A stretch of 64,000 bases of DNA from Candidatus Kaelpia imicola. Lineage in GTDB: Bacteria; Omnitrophota; Gorgyraeia; Kaelpiales; Kaelpiaceae. The notes under the pieces were generated by a model. It saw only the letters and a list, made by a program, of their open reading frames with translations. It had not been told where the DNA came from and did not search any database. Position numbers and translations under genes: made by a program. Positions 9,460-19,507 of this stretch are shown here, piece after piece. Each line of letters opens with the position of its first letter. The first letter of the stretch is position 1. Location: positions 3,516 through 67,515 of the forward strand of contig JAVCCL010000019.1 in NCBI GenBank assembly GCA_030765505.1, in the 5' to 3' direction.

Positions 9460-12400
9460 CGCTTTATCTTTAAAAATATATTTATATGTTTCAATCTATA
9501 TTTTAAATCTTCCAGTATCATATATCCAGAAGGAATTACAAGAAGAGTTAATATGGTAGATACAGACATCCCTCCGATTACAGTCTTTGCCAGCGGCGAC
9601 CAGAGATTGGAAGACTCGCTCTTATCTAACGCCATAGGCATAAGGCTGCAGATTGTTGTAATAGAGGTCATAAAGATAGGGCGTAATCTGTGTTCAGCAC
9701 CTCCAAGGACAGCTTTTTTTAATCCTGCACCCTGTTTTCTCAAAAAATTTATATGATCAACCATGACTATTGCATTGTTGACAACAATACCTCCTAACAT
9801 CAACATACCCATAAGGGCTCCGATATTAATAGATGTACCTGTATAGTAGAGCATTGGGATGACACCTATTGCAGCGAGAGGCACAGTAGCCATAATAATA
9901 AACGGCTGGGTATAAGACTCAAAGAGTGAAGCCAAAACTAAGAAGATTAAAAATAGCGCTGTAATAATCGCAAACTTTTGCTGGCGCTCATTCTCTACCA
10001 TTAATTCATAATCCCCGCTAAACCTATAAGTATAATCCTCGGGCATCTCAAACTTCTCTAAAACCTTGCTGCATCTTTCAATAGCCGTATTTAAATCCAG
10101 GGTTCCCCTATTCGCGCTAACCTGGACCATTCTTGATTTATTTTTATGCCAGATCTCGCTCGGTGCTATATCAAATTTTAAATCTGCAACCTGTTTCAGC
10201 GGAATTTTCGCTTTCTCTTTATTGACAAAAGTAATATTCTTTAAATCATCAAAGCTGTCGCGATCAAGCTCGCTCATCCTAACAACAATCTCAACCTCTT
10301 TAGTATCAGTATGGAAAAAACTGGCCCTTAGCCCCCGTATCTTCCCGTGTAATTGATAAGCAATATCTTTAACCGTTAGTCCAAATATGCTGAGCTTGTC
10401 TTGATCTACTATAATTCTTATCTCCGGCCTACCCTCACGCATTCTTATTTTTTGATCTGTAATCCCTTCAACCTGAGACAGGCTTTGAGCCATCTTCATT
10501 GCTATCTGTTTTAAAATATCATAGTCATACCCGTTAATATCGATAAATATTTCATTGCTGCCTACTTCTTGAGGCAGCTCAAAGTATATAAAGGCATCGA
10601 AGTTCTTCATTGTTTCATCCATTCTGGGCCGCAGCTCTTCTATGAGATCGTTTGTCATTCGTTCTCTTTGAGCAAGAGGTTTTAACTTTACATATATCTT
10701 AGAAGACCATCTCTCTATTCTGGAGGATACAGTCCGTACTTCAGGAACTCCTTTTAGAATCTTCTCAACCATCGCAACCGCTTTATCAGACATCTCCAGT
10801 CTTGCACCTGTAGGCAGCTCAACATGTACGGTAAACTTATTCTGCTCTGTAATACCGATAAACTCTCTGCCAATATTTTTCTGAAGAGGCCAAATCCAAA
10901 TAACAATTGCCATCATAGTTAATATTAAAAGATATCTGAATTTTAAAATAAATTTTAATACATCTATATAAATACCTCTAACTTTTTTAATACTTCTCTC
11001 GCTTCTCTTTAAAAATGGTATTCCTCCACCCATCTTGATTATGGATGCAGATAAGGGAATCAAACTTAAAGCCACAAAGAGAGATGCAAGAAGAGAGTAG
11101 ACAACTGTCAAGGTCAACCCGCTATAGAGCAATCTCATCTGTTTGCCAACAAATATTATCGGCAAGAATGCAACTACAGAAGTAATGGTTGAAGCCACTA
11201 TCGCCAGGCTGACCTCTTTGCTACCATCTAATGCAGCCTCTCTTTTTTTAAGTCCTCTCTCTTTCTTTTTGAAAATATTCTCAAGTACAACGATAGAGGA
11301 GTCGACCAGCATGCCTATACCCAGAGCCAGCCCGGAGAGAGTCATAACATTTAAAGTCAAACCCTGCATAAACATGATTGTAAAAGTGGCCATAACAGAG
11401 AGCGGAATAGAGAGTGCGATAATAAATGTCGGAGCCACATCATGGAGAAAGAGCAGCAGCACAATAACTGCCAGCGCTCCGCCGAACATAAGTGACTTGC
11501 GGACTGTATCAATAGCCTCTTGAACATACTCGGCCTGCTGAAAAGTAGGTTTTATTATTACATCCTTGGGAAGCTCCTTTTTTATCCTGGAGAGCTCTTC
11601 AACCAGCATCTTATTAACTTTTATAGTGTTGGCCGTAGACTCTTTCTGTACATAGATAGAGACAACAGGCCTGGAATCAACTCTGGAAAGATCTATGGGG
11701 TCGAGAAAAGAATCCTTGACCCGGGCAATATCTTTAAGCTGAATAATAGACCCCTGAGGATTCACGCTAACCCCAATCTCTTTTATATCTTCAATGCTTC
11801 TATACTGACCCATAAGACGGATTAAATTTTTTACTTTTTTCTCTTCCGTCTCTCCTAAAAGCAGATCTATGTTATTAACCCCTACCGTATCAATCAGCTC
11901 TCCCAAAGATATGTTGTAAGCCTGTAAGCTGCTCTCAGTTGCTTCGACAATAATCTTTCTCTCTCTACCTCCGGCTATCTCTATATTCGCCACCCCTTCT
12001 ATTCGCTGCAGCCTGGATTTGATTTTCTCATCCACAATCCTCCTCAACATCTCAGGAGTATATCTCTCTCCTGTTACAGCAAGTATCACTATTGGAACAT
12101 CTGTCTGTTGATACCGCGCAATAACCGGTTTCTCTATCTCTTTAGGCAGTCTATCTTTGACTCGGCCAAATTTCTCCCTAACCTCCAGAGAAGCAAAATC
12201 CATATCGGTACCCGGCTCAAATCTCAAAATAACTCTGGACTCTCCTTCTTCAGAGATAGATATAAGCTCTTTAAGCTTACTCACATCGCTTACAGCTTCT
12301 TCAACCGGTTTTGTGACAAGGCGCTCTACGTCAGGGGAAGGAATACCGCCTCTAATCCTTATAATGATGCTTATGGTATCATAGCTATAGTTGGGCATCA

Positions 12401-12506
12401 GCTCAACGGGCAGCTGTATCAAAGCAATATAACCTATGAGTATAATACCCAAAAATATCATACTCATTGCAACCGGTTTTTTTATCGAGAACTCAGGTAG
12501 ATTCAT
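9456..12506 (-). CDS. RND-family efflux permease (HAE1/AcrB-MdtC-like), paralog 2 of a tandem pair
   Basis: 1016 aa. N-terminus MNLPEFSIKKPVAMSMIFLGIILIG. Twelve-TM architecture with two large periplasmic loops, typical of AcrB/MdtB/MdtC. Confidence 0.9.
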   Translation of the reverse strand: MNLPEFSIKKPVAMSMIFLGIILIGYIALIQLPVELMPNYSYDTISIIIRIRGGIPSPDVERLVTKPVEEAVSDVSKLKELISISEEGESRVILRFEPGTDMDFASLEVREKFGRVKDRLPKEIEKPVIARYQQTDVPIVILAVTGERYTPEMLRRIVDEKIKSRLQRIEGVANIEIAGGRERKIIVEATESSLQAYNISLGELIDTVGVNNIDLLLGETEEKKVKNLIRLMGQYRSIEDIKEIGVSVNPQGSIIQLKDIARVKDSFLDPIDLSRVDSRPVVSIYVQKESTANTIKVNKMLVEELSRIKKELPKDVIIKPTFQQAEYVQEAIDTVRKSLMFGGALAVIVLLLFLHDVAPTFIIALSIPLSVMATFTIMFMQGLTLNVMTLSGLALGIGMLVDSSIVVLENIFKKKERGLKKREAALDGSKEVSLAIVASTITSVVAFLPIIFVGKQMRLLYSGLTLTVVYSLLASLFVALSLIPLSASIIKMGGGIPFLKRSERSIKKVRGIYIDVLKFILKFRYLLILTMMAIVIWIWPLQKNIGREFIGITEQNKFTVHVELPTGARLEMSDKAVAMVEKILKGVPEVRTVSSRIERWSSKIYVKLKPLAQRERMTNDLIEELRPRMDETMKNFDAFIYFELPQEVGSNEIFIDINGYDYDILKQIAMKMAQSLSQVEGITDQKIRMREGRPEIRIIVDQDKLSIFGLTVKDIAYQLHGKIRGLRASFFHTDTKEVEIVVRMSELDRDSFDDLKNITFVNKEKAKIPLKQVADLKFDIAPSEIWHKNKSRMVQVSANRGTLDLNTAIERCSKVLEKFEMPEDYTYRFSGDYELMVENERQQKFAIITALFLIFLVLASLFESYTQPFIIMATVPLAAIGVIPMLYYTGTSINIGALMGMLMLGGIVVNNAIVMVDHINFLRKQGAGLKKAVLGGAEHRLRPIFMTSITTICSLMPMALDKSESSNLWSPLAKTVIGGMSVSTILTLLVIPSGYMILEDLKYRLKHINIFLKIKR

Positions 12507-12520
12507 AAGTTAAGCCTATG

Positions 12521-15500
12521 CTATTTTATTCTATACCACCTGCCAGGACCATTTGGCCCTTCTGGAGTAATGATCTTTTTCTTCTGCAGGTCTTTGAGAT
12601 CTCTGGCTGCTGTAGCAATAGAGATACTAAACATCTGCATATATTCCTGCCTCCTCAACCTTCCTTTCTGACGCAAATATTTTAAAGCCTCTGCCTGCCT
12701 CTGATTTAAATCCAAACGTTGATCTTTCTTTTCTCTCTCTTCCTCTCTCTCTGATTTTACCTCTGTAATATCCGGCTGCTCCCGTTGCTGCGACTTGAGA
12801 CCGGATATTAGTCCCTGTTCTACTTCAGGTAATACCTCTCTCTTGCCGCTCTCTATCATCTTTACAGCAACAATGTATAATGCCGGAACTATAAAGAGAG
12901 TAAGCAATGTAGACGAAGACAGCCCTCCGATAACAGCTATAGCCATAGGGGCCCTCAATTCTGCCCCTTCGCTAAATCCCAATGCAAGAGGTATAAGACC
13001 GAGGGTTGTAGTCAAAGCTGTCATCAATATCGGCCGCAACCTGTTTTGAGAGGCCTCTAAGACAGCCTCATAAGTAGAGAGCCCCTCTTCTCTTAATCCA
13101 TTAACACGGTCTATTAAAACAATACCGTTATTAACAACAATTCCGCCCAGGATAATTACCCCCAAAAAAACAACTATATTGAGAGTGGTATGAGTAAGAA
13201 GCAGAGCAACTGTTACACCTATCGCTGCCAGGGGCACGGCGAGTATAATAATAAAGGGCTGCCAGAAAGACTCAAACTGCGCAGCCATTATCATGTAGAC
13301 AAGTATTATAGACAATAGCAGGGCAAAGAAAAGACTTTTAAAAGACTCCTTCATCTCTTTACGCTCTCCGCTAAGCTGTGCCAAATAATCCTGCGGAATA
13401 TCCAGATTAGATATCCTATTCTCTACGCTGTTCGCGATTTCATTAAACCCCCGCTTATAAATATTGGCCGAGACCAGAACGGTTCTCTCTTGGCCTAACC
13501 GCCTGATCTCAGACGGCCCCACGCCTTTCACAAGATAAGCTACATCCGCCAACGGAATCTCAACCCCAAGAGGTGAATGTATAAGTATGCTTCTTATTTT
13601 AGAGATGTTCTCTCTGTCCTCGTCACGCAACCTTGTTCTGATATCGTACTCTCTACCCTGCTCTTTATATTTAGAAGCAACGTAACCGCGTATCGCTGCA
13701 TGGGTTGCCAAAGATATAGTATTCACCGAGAGGTTATAGAGTGCGGCTTTCTGTTTCTTTATATTGATCTTTACCTCCGGTTGAGGAGGCATAAGGTCAC
13801 TCTTAATATCATAGAGCCCGGTAATGTCGCCTAGACTCAAAACTATACTTTCTGAGATAGAGCGCAAAACATCTAGATCACGCCCTTTTATCTCAACATT
13901 GACCGGCTTACCCCCGCCCATAGCTGCTTTGAATATTGTCTCTTGCAGAATATACGCTAGCTCTGCCCCCTCTAAATCAACGACCAGCAAGTCCTTCTGT
14001 AGCTGCTGTACAATATCTTGGCTTTTTCTATAATAAGGTGATCTCTTCGGCAGTTTCTTTAAGTTGACTACTATCTGGGACTGATGAGATCCCAGGGTCT
14101 CTACAGCTCCCCCATAGTCCTTCTCTTTAGAAGAACCAACGGTCACGCTAACACCTTTAATGTCGGGATAGCTAAAGATGGCTCTCTCTATCCTCTTTAC
14201 AACCCTATCTGTTATCTCAATCTTTGTACCTGTAGGCATATCAACCTTTATCATAAACTCTCTCTGGTCAACCTTGGGCATCAACTCTCTGTCTACCCTG
14301 GTCAAGAGATAGAGAGAGAGGCCTGTTGCTGCAATAACAAGAACGAACCCTATCTGCTTAAATCTCAAGAATGATTTCAATGCACTAAGATATGAGATAC
14401 GCAATATTTTCATCCAGGCCCACTCTTTAGGTTCTTTACTCACTCCCTTTATTTTAGAAGTAAGACTGGGAATCAAAGATAACGCAACAACAAGAGAAGC
14501 AATAAGAGCAAAGATAACAGTAAAAGCCAGCTCTTTAAACAGCTGTCCTGCAACGCCTTTAACGAATATCAGAGGAAGGAAGACCGCTATCGTTGTCAAA
14601 GTAGAAGCGAAGATAGCAGCTGCCACTTCAGACGCTCCGCCGATAGCCGCTTCTTTGGCAGGTCCGCCAAGCTGCCTCTTACGGACGATATTCTCTATAA
14701 CAACAATGGCATTATCTACAAGCATACCAACACCCAAAGCAAGACCGCCTAAAGACATAATGTTAATAGAGAGTCCTCTGAAGTACATAAGGCTGAAGGC
14801 AAACATAATAGATATAGGTATTGAAAGCGCGACTATCAGAGAGCTGTATATATTCATCAAAAAGAAGAAGAGAACAATGAAAGCAAGTACACCTCCCTGA
14901 ATTGCAGCATCTCTAACTCCGTTAATGGAGCTCTGGATAAACTTAGACTGATCATAGACAATCTCTATCTCGACTCTACCCCGCAACCTCTCTTCAATCT
15001 TAAGAAGTTTCTTCTCGATAGCCTTAACTACTGTAATAATATTGGCCCCTGCTTGCCGTTGAATTCTAAGAGCAATATTATCGCTGCCGTTATAACGTGA
15101 GAGGTTGGTTAAATCCTTAAGCGAATCCTGCACTCTGCCTAAATCGCCCAAGTGAATTATTCTTTTATCCGAACTCTCCCCTTTTAGCTCTCTTATATAT
15201 TCTTCATATTGCGTCTTTGGCGGGTCAACATCCTGTACTTCAACAATAACATTCTCAATCTCTTTAACCGCTTCAAACTCACCTATTGTCCTGATCAAAT
15301 ATTCATAGAATTTCTCTTTAATTGTCCCGGCAGGAAAAGTAAAATTTGTCTGTTTTATAGCTTCAGCAACTTTTAAGATTGGAATGCGATTGGCATATAG
15401 TTTACCTTGATCAAGTTCAACCAGAATCTCCCGCTCTCTACCTCCTGCTATCGCGGCTGAAGCGACACCTTCTATTTTCTCCAGCTCGTCTTTGATCTCT

Positions 15501-15973
15501 TTTCTAGTTAGCTCTCTTAACTCTCTAGACGGAAGGCTTCCTTTAATAGATAATATAGCAATAGGTATCTCGAAGGGATTAAACTTCATTACTATCGGAT
15601 CTTTGGCTCCAATAGGAAGCCTCTCTTTGACCAAATCTATCTTCTCTCTAACACCCAGAGAAGCAAAATCCATATTTGTACCCCAATCAAAATCGAGAAT
15701 AATAAGAGCAAGCCCTTCTTTTGAAATCGAAGATATTTTCTTAAGCCCGTTGACTGTGCCTACCGCCTCTTCGATTATCTTTGTTACAAGGGTCTCAATC
15801 TCTTCAGGCGAGGCATTCTCGTAGGTTGTAACAACGCTAATCTGGGGATAAGATATCGATGGATATAGCTCCTGCGGCAAACGCATCCAGGAGATAGCAC
15901 CCAGAAGCATAACACCCAGAAAGAACATTGTTATTGTAACCGGTCTTCTTACAGAAAAGCTAGGTAGATTCAT
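12521..15973 (-). CDS. RND-family efflux permease (AcrB/MdtB-like) with about 100-aa C-terminal extension ending in a winged-helix (Fic-C-terminal/HTH_24-like) domain
   Basis: 1150 aa. Canonical RND body. After the last TM helix comes a charged linker and LNQRQAEALKYLRQKGRLRRQEYMQMFSISIATAARDLKDLQKKKIITPEGPNGPGRWYRIK. That matches the LNxRQxxALxYLxxxGxIxxxEYxxxxxxSxxTAxRDLxxLxxxG...Y wHTH pattern found at the C-termini of Fic and RecG-like proteins. Confidence 0.85.
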   Translation of the reverse strand: MNLPSFSVRRPVTITMFFLGVMLLGAISWMRLPQELYPSISYPQISVVTTYENASPEEIETLVTKIIEEAVGTVNGLKKISSISKEGLALIILDFDWGTNMDFASLGVREKIDLVKERLPIGAKDPIVMKFNPFEIPIAILSIKGSLPSRELRELTRKEIKDELEKIEGVASAAIAGGREREILVELDQGKLYANRIPILKVAEAIKQTNFTFPAGTIKEKFYEYLIRTIGEFEAVKEIENVIVEVQDVDPPKTQYEEYIRELKGESSDKRIIHLGDLGRVQDSLKDLTNLSRYNGSDNIALRIQRQAGANIITVVKAIEKKLLKIEERLRGRVEIEIVYDQSKFIQSSINGVRDAAIQGGVLAFIVLFFFLMNIYSSLIVALSIPISIMFAFSLMYFRGLSINIMSLGGLALGVGMLVDNAIVVIENIVRKRQLGGPAKEAAIGGASEVAAAIFASTLTTIAVFLPLIFVKGVAGQLFKELAFTVIFALIASLVVALSLIPSLTSKIKGVSKEPKEWAWMKILRISYLSALKSFLRFKQIGFVLVIAATGLSLYLLTRVDRELMPKVDQREFMIKVDMPTGTKIEITDRVVKRIERAIFSYPDIKGVSVTVGSSKEKDYGGAVETLGSHQSQIVVNLKKLPKRSPYYRKSQDIVQQLQKDLLVVDLEGAELAYILQETIFKAAMGGGKPVNVEIKGRDLDVLRSISESIVLSLGDITGLYDIKSDLMPPQPEVKINIKKQKAALYNLSVNTISLATHAAIRGYVASKYKEQGREYDIRTRLRDEDRENISKIRSILIHSPLGVEIPLADVAYLVKGVGPSEIRRLGQERTVLVSANIYKRGFNEIANSVENRISNLDIPQDYLAQLSGERKEMKESFKSLFFALLLSIILVYMIMAAQFESFWQPFIIILAVPLAAIGVTVALLLTHTTLNIVVFLGVIILGGIVVNNGIVLIDRVNGLREEGLSTYEAVLEASQNRLRPILMTALTTTLGLIPLALGFSEGAELRAPMAIAVIGGLSSSTLLTLFIVPALYIVAVKMIESGKREVLPEVEQGLISGLKSQQREQPDITEVKSEREEEREKKDQRLDLNQRQAEALKYLRQKGRLRRQEYMQMFSISIATAARDLKDLQKKKIITPEGPNGPGRWYRIK

Positions 15974-15986
15974 TGCAGAATGATTA

Positions 15987-17243
15987 TTAAAACAGTTTTT
16001 CCTGTCTCTCTATAATTTTGACGGGACTGCCCGCAGAAAGTTTTTTCATTCCCGGCGTCTCTGTGACAATTAGATCACTTTCCTTAAGACCTTTTTTAAT
16101 AACAGCAAAGTCGGTCGTAATATACTCAACAGAGACTTGGCGGTATGCTACTTTACCCCCTTCTACAATCGCCGCATAATAGGCCCCCTGCTGTATTGAA
16201 ACGGAAGCGCTTGGAATAACATAAGCATCCCTCTTTCTAAAGACAGCAATGGCTACCCGCGCAAACATTCCGGGTCTGAGAAGCTTCCCCGGATCAAGCA
16301 CTCGTATGCGCACATTGAGTGTTCGTGTTCTTTCATCTACTTCAGGAAATAGTGTCTCTACATAACCAAAGAAAACTCTTGTCGGATAAGTATCTACTTT
16401 TATCTTTACTTTCTGCCCTGATTTAATCTTAAAAATATCTCTCTCTATAATCCCTGTCTCTACAAACGTATTGTCCGGGTCTATAAATTTACAGATCACG
16501 TCATTAGATGTAACAAACTCTCCTACCTCTTTCTCTTTTTTACCTATCAAGCCGTCTTGAGGAGCTTTTAATTGCAGCTTCTGAAGCTTTAATTTACTCA
16601 GCGCCAGCTCTTTGTTGCTGACCTCTATTTTAGCTTTGGCAACATTGACCTCGGCCTGCACCTGATCCAGCCTATCTTTTATAATTGCACCTAATTTATA
16701 AAGTCTCTTAACTATCTCATATTTTTTAAGTGCTACTTTACGCTCTGCCTCTGAAACCTGCAGCTTTGCCTGCGTCCACTGAACCTCTAAATTAACATCT
16801 TTAGGATCAAGGGCTGCAAGAAGATCGTTTTTCTTAACTTTTTCACCTTCTTTGAAATTGGCGTTTTTTAATATTCCATTTGTTTCAAACTTCAACTCAA
16901 GTATCGGAATATTTTTAACTGTACCTGCCACAAATAATTCATCTGTAAAATCAACCGGTTTAAGCTCATAGATTTTAATCGGTATCTCTTCCTGAGACTG
17001 CTGCGGAAATAGCGAAGAGATGTCTTGGGGCTTCTTATCTGCAGAGCTTTTCTTTTTCGATTCTTCCGTTAACTGCTTTTTTCCTTCCGGCACCGAATAC
17101 TTCTCACCCTTATTTTGAGAATTAAAAAGCCTCTGCACGCCTAAAAACAGAGAAGCTATAATAACTATGTTTGCGACAATAAACATAATCTTTTTGGGAG
17201 TAAAAAACTGTTTTGCTTTAGATAAATCTAAATTTTTTTTCAT
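15987..17243 (-). CDS. RND efflux periplasmic adaptor (membrane fusion protein, HlyD/AcrA family)
   Basis: N-terminal TM helix, biotinyl/lipoyl-like hairpin (VAGTVKNIPILELKFETNGIL...NDLLAALD), long alpha-hairpin, beta-barrel. It overlaps the upstream OMF gene by 4 nt. Confidence 0.85.
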   Translation of the reverse strand: MKKNLDLSKAKQFFTPKKIMFIVANIVIIASLFLGVQRLFNSQNKGEKYSVPEGKKQLTEESKKKSSADKKPQDISSLFPQQSQEEIPIKIYELKPVDFTDELFVAGTVKNIPILELKFETNGILKNANFKEGEKVKKNDLLAALDPKDVNLEVQWTQAKLQVSEAERKVALKKYEIVKRLYKLGAIIKDRLDQVQAEVNVAKAKIEVSNKELALSKLKLQKLQLKAPQDGLIGKKEKEVGEFVTSNDVICKFIDPDNTFVETGIIERDIFKIKSGQKVKIKVDTYPTRVFFGYVETLFPEVDERTRTLNVRIRVLDPGKLLRPGMFARVAIAVFRKRDAYVIPSASVSIQQGAYYAAIVEGGKVAYRQVSVEYITTDFAVIKKGLKESDLIVTETPGMKKLSAGSPVKIIERQEKLF

Positions 17244-19507
17244 TGCATTATCTCCACGTTATCCCCGATTCTCAAACCCTTGAAATTATCCCCGATACCT
17301 TTTTCTAAATAGCAGGCCGACATCTCTCCTTCTATGCGAGCAGGTATGAGCAGAGCATACTCTCTACCATTTCGATAGACTACAACCTTGCTTGATGGGG
17401 TTAAACCTTTTGCATTTCCGATATTAAGGATTGCCATTTCATGCTGATTGTTAACTCCGATTATCCTACCCTCTATACCTGTTAAAGTTGCTTCCCTGCT
17501 CTCTTTTTTAAAATCCGGAAGCAAGAAAGGTGTGTAGCTAATGTTTGCAGAGGGATGCTCGCCAAACTTCTCCCAGGCAGTTATTACCGGCCTATCGGTT
17601 GTTAAACTTAAAAAACTTTCAACTCCACATGCCTTGGAAAGTCCGGAAAGAGCCATATAATAACCTATCAAAGCGCGGTTATAATTTACTTTTTCATTAG
17701 CATAATCTAAATATGACTGCATTAATGCTGTTATATCTGCTTCTTCTATCTTCATCTTACCCTCTGTTACCTTTAGCCGTTTATTCAAGAAATCCAGCTT
17801 TCTTAAAGATGTCTCTATTTGGAAAAGAGAGGATATATAATTTGCATAAGACTTACTAACTTCAGCAACAATAGTCTCTTCAGATTCAAGTTCTTCGTTT
17901 AAAGCCTTCAGGTGTTCTGTTTGAGCAGTTTTTATATCCGCGATGCTCCCCAGCCTGTCGACTAGAGAAAGCTCTGTTGATCTTGTAAAAGATTCCGTTG
18001 TCTCTTCCAGGCTAAAGCCGCCTGCCGGCCTACTCTGCTTTGTTACAGAACTACTCAATGTGCTTGTACCTATAGGCTTAGTCACTTTTAATCCTACATA
18101 CCAACTATCTCTGAAGACTTTATCTTCTGACTCATAGCCTTCGGCCATCTGGCCAACTTTACTTGTAAGGCTTATTCGGCACCTGTTTTTAGCTTTTGCT
18201 ATCTGTTCATTCAAATTGTTAAAATGGCTTACTAATTGCCTAATTCTTAATTCGGGGCGTTTTATCTTGGCAATTTCTAATGCTTTATCCATATCAACAT
18301 TGACTCTCTCAAAAGGCAGCCAGTTGACAAAGTTTATCTCTTCATCTTCCGGCATATTTAAAATTTGCCTAAAAGAAAGCTCCGCTAAAGAGAGCTCTTT
18401 CTGGGCTGATATGAAAAAAAACTTGACCTGATGGTAAGAGGATTGTAATTGTCCGTATTCCAGCTCTGTGATCAGCTGCTGTTGATAGAGAACCTCTCCT
18501 AATGCAAAAATCTTGTTTGCCTCTTTAATAAGCTTATTAAAAGTATCCCAATTCATCCTGTTCAGCACGACACTGTAGTAGCTTCTTTTTAATTCCAGGG
18601 AATAATCAGAATAAAGCCTCTTGTGCTCATAAAGCGAAAGTTCTCTGTTTATCTCAGCCTGTTCAATTTTATACCTCAATTCGCCGCCATAAGATATAGG
18701 CTGCTCCAGCTCTAATTCATATGATTTCGAAAAAATATCAACATCACCGACAGTAGCACCGCTTGTATCAGTAACTCTAATTATAGCATTAGGAAAAAGC
18801 TGCCGCTTAGCCTCGCTTAGTTTAAGCTGCGCAAGTTCATATTGACTTTGCGCAACTTTGAGCTCCCTATAGTTTTCCACTCCAATCTCTAACCATGGCC
18901 GCCAACCCCAAATTGCCTCCTGCCATTCCCGCTCATTTTTAGGACCTATGCGTTTATTCGGCATAAAACTAAATATTTTGGGAATATCTACCTCTTTATC
19001 CACGTCTTTATCCACAAAAGCTTCTCTGCCTTTACCTACAGAAGCTTCTTTAATAAACGGAAATTTGATATCTATGCTCTTCCTGCTTAGCGATACATCG
19101 TATTTGCTTGCTTTGCTTATAGCAAGCCTTATGCCGTCTACTTTTCCGGGCTTATCAGCAGTTGGTTCATAACCTGGATAAAACTCCACTTCTGCATATT
19201 CTACCCCGGGCAGATCGATATCAATCTTCAATCTATTTATGCAAAGAATATTGCTGCCAATAAGGTCAAAAAAGAGATATTGGTTATCATTAACCCAGTA
19301 CGCAGAATAAGTAGGAGGCCGGTTGAAATTAAGTTTTAAGGTAAACAGACCGTCTTGAAATACTTTTTCAATGCTGTTTAAGGTAACCGTATCATCGGAA
19401 TATGATACGGTTATTTGCAATAATGATACGGTTAGCAAGAACCATATCATAAATGATACGGATAGCTTTTCTGCCGTTACTTTTGAGACTAATCTATATA
19501 TAACCAT
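17240..19507 (-). CDS. TolC-like outer-membrane efflux factor with extra N-terminal (AMIN-like) and C-terminal beta-domains
   Basis: 755 aa against about 450 for a typical TolC/OprM. The central region has OEP-type alpha-helical repeats. The N-terminal about 150 aa (TVTLNSIEKVFQDGLFTLKLNFNRPP...YLFFDLIGSNI) look AMIN-like. The C-terminal about 90 aa are homologous to the C-terminus of the protein at 8272..9459. The true start may be the internal MIWFLLTVSLL signal peptide (about 19450). Confidence 0.7.
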   Translation of the reverse strand: MVIYRLVSKVTAEKLSVSFMIWFLLTVSLLQITVSYSDDTVTLNSIEKVFQDGLFTLKLNFNRPPTYSAYWVNDNQYLFFDLIGSNILCINRLKIDIDLPGVEYAEVEFYPGYEPTADKPGKVDGIRLAISKASKYDVSLSRKSIDIKFPFIKEASVGKGREAFVDKDVDKEVDIPKIFSFMPNKRIGPKNEREWQEAIWGWRPWLEIGVENYRELKVAQSQYELAQLKLSEAKRQLFPNAIIRVTDTSGATVGDVDIFSKSYELELEQPISYGGELRYKIEQAEINRELSLYEHKRLYSDYSLELKRSYYSVVLNRMNWDTFNKLIKEANKIFALGEVLYQQQLITELEYGQLQSSYHQVKFFFISAQKELSLAELSFRQILNMPEDEEINFVNWLPFERVNVDMDKALEIAKIKRPELRIRQLVSHFNNLNEQIAKAKNRCRISLTSKVGQMAEGYESEDKVFRDSWYVGLKVTKPIGTSTLSSSVTKQSRPAGGFSLEETTESFTRSTELSLVDRLGSIADIKTAQTEHLKALNEELESEETIVAEVSKSYANYISSLFQIETSLRKLDFLNKRLKVTEGKMKIEEADITALMQSYLDYANEKVNYNRALIGYYMALSGLSKACGVESFLSLTTDRPVITAWEKFGEHPSANISYTPFLLPDFKKESREATLTGIEGRIIGVNNQHEMAILNIGNAKGLTPSSKVVVYRNGREYALLIPARIEGEMSACYLEKGIGDNFKGLRIGDNVEIMQ

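Noticed and set aside
11143-12500. Several 100-130-aa plus-strand ORFs inside the RND genes (for example 11143..11523, 12108..12500, 15492..15824)
   Set aside because: They are antisense to very high-confidence RND permease genes and are Ser/Leu/Ile-rich, as expected from the reverse frames of AT-rich membrane-protein genes.
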